A stretch of DNA of 64,000 nt from Octopus sinensis. Lineage: Eukaryota. Shown one piece after another: positions 59,416-64,000 of the stretch (positions are counted from its first letter, which is position 1; each line of letters begins with the position of its first letter). The stretch covers positions 42,966,001 through 43,030,000 of the forward strand of contig NC_043012.1 of assembly GCF_006345805.1 (NCBI RefSeq). The letters run 5' to 3'. Below the pieces are notes generated by a model. That model saw nothing but the letters and a program-made list of their open reading frames with translations. It had not been told where the DNA came from and ran no database searches. A program made the position numbers and the translations under genes.

Positions 59416-60081
59416 GTGTGTACATGTTACTGATAGCTGACTTTATTCTGATGCACTCTAATCCAGTTCGAATTAATGGCTGAATTAATAATAGAACACT
59501 TATGTGCTGAGAAAGTCTGAGAAAAGTCGTCCAAAAAATTTTTAATATATATATTTTGAGAGAGAAATGGAATAGATGGAAAACAGCGCAAGTTCAACTT
59601 TATTGGTTAATATAGTGGCATTTTAGATCCTATCCTAATAGTCCACATTCTAATCAAGTTTTAAAAACACCCGGAAACTAATAGGTTCATCGTAAGTTAA
59701 TCATTTATGGTTGAAATAATTTGGATCATCATTATTTCTGGTGAATCGACATAACAGCATAACTTCAATTCTATTTTGCTTTTATTAGAAACACTGGTGT
59801 CTTTCAGAAAATGCTTTGCCTTTGCTTCCCGATAACTTCGCCGATTTAAAAGATAGTTCTTTCCGCCAAATTACACAATAAGTCCACTGACTCTTTCTCA
59901 GCCGATGTCAAAGACTATAATATACTCCTGACGAGTAAAGATGCGCGCAGTATATTTCTTGGATGAATGAGTCCTTCATATAAATTCAGTATGTTTTATC
60001 CAAAACGTTTACCCTTGAATAAATGACGCGCAAATACAGAAAAACAAAAATAAAGAAAAATTGCTTCGAAATTAAATTTTC

Positions 60082-60117
<36 letters not shown>

Positions 60118-61207
60118 CGCTTGCGTGTGCGTGTATGTGCATGTGTATACTTCTGTACGCGCGTGTGTATGTTGCGCGCGCGCGTCCATGTGTGCGTGTG
60201 TGTTCTCGTGTCCACGTGAAATTCAGCGTGTTTTATTCTGAACCTCAAATAACAAAGTGTCCTGTTGTAGTCATTGGTATTGACATTATTTTACTTAGAT
60301 CTTAATGCCAAATGAAGAAATTATCATTTCCTGTTTTCGCAAGTACTAAATAATTAACAACAGAAATAAAACAGAGAAAAAGCAAAAGGAGAAACAAACA
60401 AGTCTTTGTTTCATTTTGTAAGATATAGTTGAAAAAAAAAAACCAAACAAGTTCTTTTGTTGATATTGTCTTTCAGTTACCGATATACATTCTTTAGAGA
60501 AGTGCAAATTTGCAGAATTATTTGTTGATTAAAGCTCTGTAAAAATGCCTAAAACTCTTAGTTCAGGAAATAAAAACGAGTTGTTATGATTTAAAAAATT
60601 GTTAAACAACACTCGATATTAATCTTATCAAATTTTGTTAGTTTAATTTCGTTTAAGATTTGGAAATATCATATGCCAATATGGTTATTTTTTTAGGTTT
60701 AATCAACAAATAGTTCTGTTTCTATAAATTTCACTTCCGTACACACAGACAGAGACAGACACGCGCACACACGCACACACACGCACACACACACACACAC
60801 ACACATGCATGCATACATATTCTCATAGGTGTATTAACTTATGTATCAACAAATTTGCACAAAAGCCTAGAAATACTCGGTTTCAAGGAGAAAAAGCAAA
60901 AAGAAAAAATCTGACGTGGTTTTTCCACAGTGAAGTTTTGAAAAGACATTCCCAAAATTCACCATCTGACTTGGGTGTATGCATCGACAGTTCAATCAAC
61001 ACAACAATTCAACCATATATTTACAAACACCGGTAATTCTCTTAATTCGAAAAGTCTTGTTGCTTTGATACCGACCGGCTTGAACTCTCTCAAGAAGAGC
61101 TTAAATAAAACTCTAAGAAAAACATAACTTTCCAGAAGTGGAGCATGTCTAGATATGCAACTATATGCATGAAAATACATACATAAAACAAAACATACAA
61201 ATATGCA

Positions 61208-61277
<70 letters not shown>

Positions 61278-61961
61278 TACATACATACAAACCCTATCCT
61301 GTTATTGTTGTGAAATTCCAATGAAGGAGCCTTGGATCTAGATAAAAAGACCGGTTCTTTCTCCGTTGGCAGGAAATCTTGAAAAAAACTGAATAATGGC
61401 ATACATATACTTACAGACAGGCAGACAGACATGGGTCATGTCCACTGACAACCTATACAAAGAACACACAAAATATATAAGCACTAAACGTGAGGCGTCA
61501 CATAACTGCCACTACATGCGCAAATGTCATCAAACAGCAACCCAGAACACTACTACAACAGCATCCTATGAACAGTAAATCCTATCATTGCAGACCAAAC
61601 ATAAAATACATACCAAAATAGCAACAGCAATTAAACCCATTAACCTTAAACTCTATGCTGAGGTGCACACCACAAATGATAAACAACTCTGTTGCGTTCA
61701 ACTGAGTCAGGCTTTCATTGTGGCCACCAAGAACATAGAGCCAAACAGAAAGAGTACACACGTAGAATAATACACTATTCGATGTATTTGTACAATTTAC
61801 CTTGAGACAACGAGATAGCTTCTGCATAGTAAATTAAACTGCTAGAAATAGCTGTCAAATTCCCTTAAATAACAGCTTGCTGTCGTTGCAGTCCACAATG
61901 TACTCCCAGATATAAAAAAAGACGGGAGCAGTGGTCATGATTGTGTATGATTTTAAAATGA

Positions 61962-62141
61962 CCGTATTTTAACGTGTATAAGGAACCCATTTTTGTCAAA
62001 AATTAGGTTAAAAAATATGGGAGTTTCTTATACATGGATAATATTATAACCCCTTACAAAACCTTTTTAACAAATTTTAAGCACGACCCAAATTAGGGGG
62101 TTCCCTTTACACGAGGGTTCCTTATTCACGTTAAAATATGG
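61962..62141. mobile_element. pogo/Tigger-like MITE
   Basis: TIRs CCGTATTTTAACGTGTATAAGGAACCC / GGGTTCCTTATTCACGTTAAAATATGG; TA on the right flank. Confidence 0.65.
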
Positions 62142-62224
62142 TAATCATTTACAAATATATCTGAATAGAAATAAATTTTATACGACTATGAGGGTAGCAC
62201 CAAGGTGTGTGTGAGTGTATGTAT

Positions 62225-62720
62225 GTACAAGGCGCATTCCAGAAGTGCTGAGGCATTTTCAAGAGAGACATATATTTTCAGAGAAGTACAAAACTCTAAT
62301 CCCCTTCAAAATAGGATTCTCTCACTTCAATGCACTCCAGCCACTTCGTGAAAACTCCGCTGAAGTCCTCCAAAGTGAAGTGTCTCGGACCCTTGTCACA
62401 GCCTCTTTTATCTTCTTCAGTTTGGGAAACAACCAAAAGTTGCTGGGAGCTAGGTCTGAGTTGTAGGGAAGGCGAGACAGTTTTGATGACCATCTCTGTC
62501 AAGTAGTTGGTTACCAGGATGGAATCGTGGACCGGTGCATTGTCCCAGTGCCTGTACTCTGGACTTTTGCGATGACATCTCTCCCTAAACTTCCTCAAAA
62601 TCTTCACAAAGTACTCTTTGTTGACCGTCAAGCCAGACGTAACCCAGTGGATGTAGATGATGTTCTTGCTGTCGAGAATGATAATCAGCATGAGCTTTCA
62701 GTGGACTTGCTTTGCCTAGC
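62225..62720 (-). mobile_element. Mariner 3' remnant
   Basis: MLIIILDSKNIIYIHWV..TVNKEYF..HWDNAPVH; TIR-like tacaaggcgcattccagaag at 62225. Confidence 0.75.
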
Positions 62721-62763
62721 TCCTTGATTGACTGAGAGAGAGAGAGAAAGAGGTGTGCTGAGA

Positions 62764-62806
<43 letters not shown>

Positions 62807-64000
62807 TGAGTGTGTGAGTGATTGACTGAGATAGAGGTGTTGTCATGTATGTGTAAAACGGCTAGGATTAGTTACACACGCACACAAATATATACGTACA
62901 CCCATTATCTGTCGTATACACGTACATGCATAAATACATAGGTATACACGTTTTTTATGTGTGTGTGTGCGTGTGTGAGAGAGAGAGAGGGAGAGAGAGA
63001 AATCATTCACTGAGTAAAGGTGTGTGTTTTCTCATGGTGGTTTTTTTGCATTATAAATCCTTAAAATCCTTTAAAATGTTTTAGCCCGAAGGCCGCGGCC
63101 ATGCTATGGCACCATACTTATGTATAAGTAGCTAAGTAAAATTTACGCTATCACTCTCTCTCTCTCTCTGTGTCACACACACACACCGAGCAACACACAC
63201 TCCTCTCTCTCTCTCTCAGTCATTCACTGAAAAAAGATGCGAGAAAAAATAAATAAAAATGTGTTCTCTGTCTCTGTCTCTCTGTCTCTCTCTCTCTCTC
63301 ACACACGTACACAACATCAACACACACACGTCTATGTCCATTTCCTCTCTCTTTCACTTTATACTGACTTCAAACAAAATGTACATTTTCACTCACAACA
63401 ATAAATAAATAAAAATTTACGGAATTTACCGAACGCTATAAGCCGAGCTGCGCACACACCTTCGAGTTAAAACAAAAGATTGCCGAAATGGCTAGGCTAT
63501 TGCCAAAATTTTAAAATAATATCTTAATTTAAAAAAAAAATTATGATATAATTACATTAATTAATACAGATGACGTAATTAAATTAATTACAAATTAGCG
63601 GTGACGTTGATAATTTCTTCCTTACCTCAGTGATGCTGGTGACATATATTAAAAGTCCCTTATAAAACTATATCCATAAAAAAGTATAGAACTATATTAT
63701 CACCCTCAAATTTGAGAAACAAACACTCTTAACTTTTTTCTTTTAGAATTTCATTGCATGAGATTGATACCATGAAATTCCTCGAATTGAGCTCTATCAT
63801 TTAAGCTTAATTAAAATATAGTTTGTTTTTAAAATATAAAAGTTATTTATACTTAAATCCAAATTTTTGCCTTACTTATATTTATTTTCATATTTTACCT
63901 CACAACTTCTTTTATACAACTTTTTGTTGCATGGGATCAAAAACTATGACATTCTTCATGCTTTCTTCTATCATTGACGCTAAGATAAACATATTTTGCT

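Noticed and set aside
59921-59954. Hammerhead remnant (TATACT-C-CTGACGA...AGTATA)
   Set aside because: Helix I and the first core strand are present, but GAAA and the cleavage triplet are missing; at best a dead relic.
61310-61360. Hammerhead-like end (ccaatgaagg...gaccggttctttc)
   Set aside because: Both core strands are mutated, so it cannot be supported from this copy.
61385-61830. Short ORFs of unknown nature
   Set aside because: No recognisable domain or splice structure.

Overview
Eukaryotic genomic DNA dominated by repeats; the SINE, RTE and microsatellite content suggests an octopod cephalopod (inference, not database-confirmed). Two host genes sit head-to-head, with start codons separated by only 155 bp. 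RPS11 (minus strand, 4 exons, 157 aa) is intact. The other is a probable NDUFV3 (complex I accessory subunit, plus strand, 3 exons) whose middle exon is about 126 copies of a 15-bp unit encoding K-D-V-(P/A)-(A/V), with one 2-bp frameshift as assembled. The rest is transposon-derived. A 17-kb tandem array of four Tx1/L1-clade retrotransposons has each copy ending in, and the next starting from, a (TATC)n tract. Also present are RTE, CR1-like, mariner, hAT, Helitron, MITE and tRNA-SINE remnants, plus a Penelope GIY-YIG fragment with an inverted duplication. Manual motif reading found several minimal hammerhead-ribozyme candidates: a fully canonical one at 27898-27935, a U3:A8 covariant pair at 55394-55433 and 56389-56428, and weaker or degenerate ones. 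All calls are from manual reading; no searches were run.
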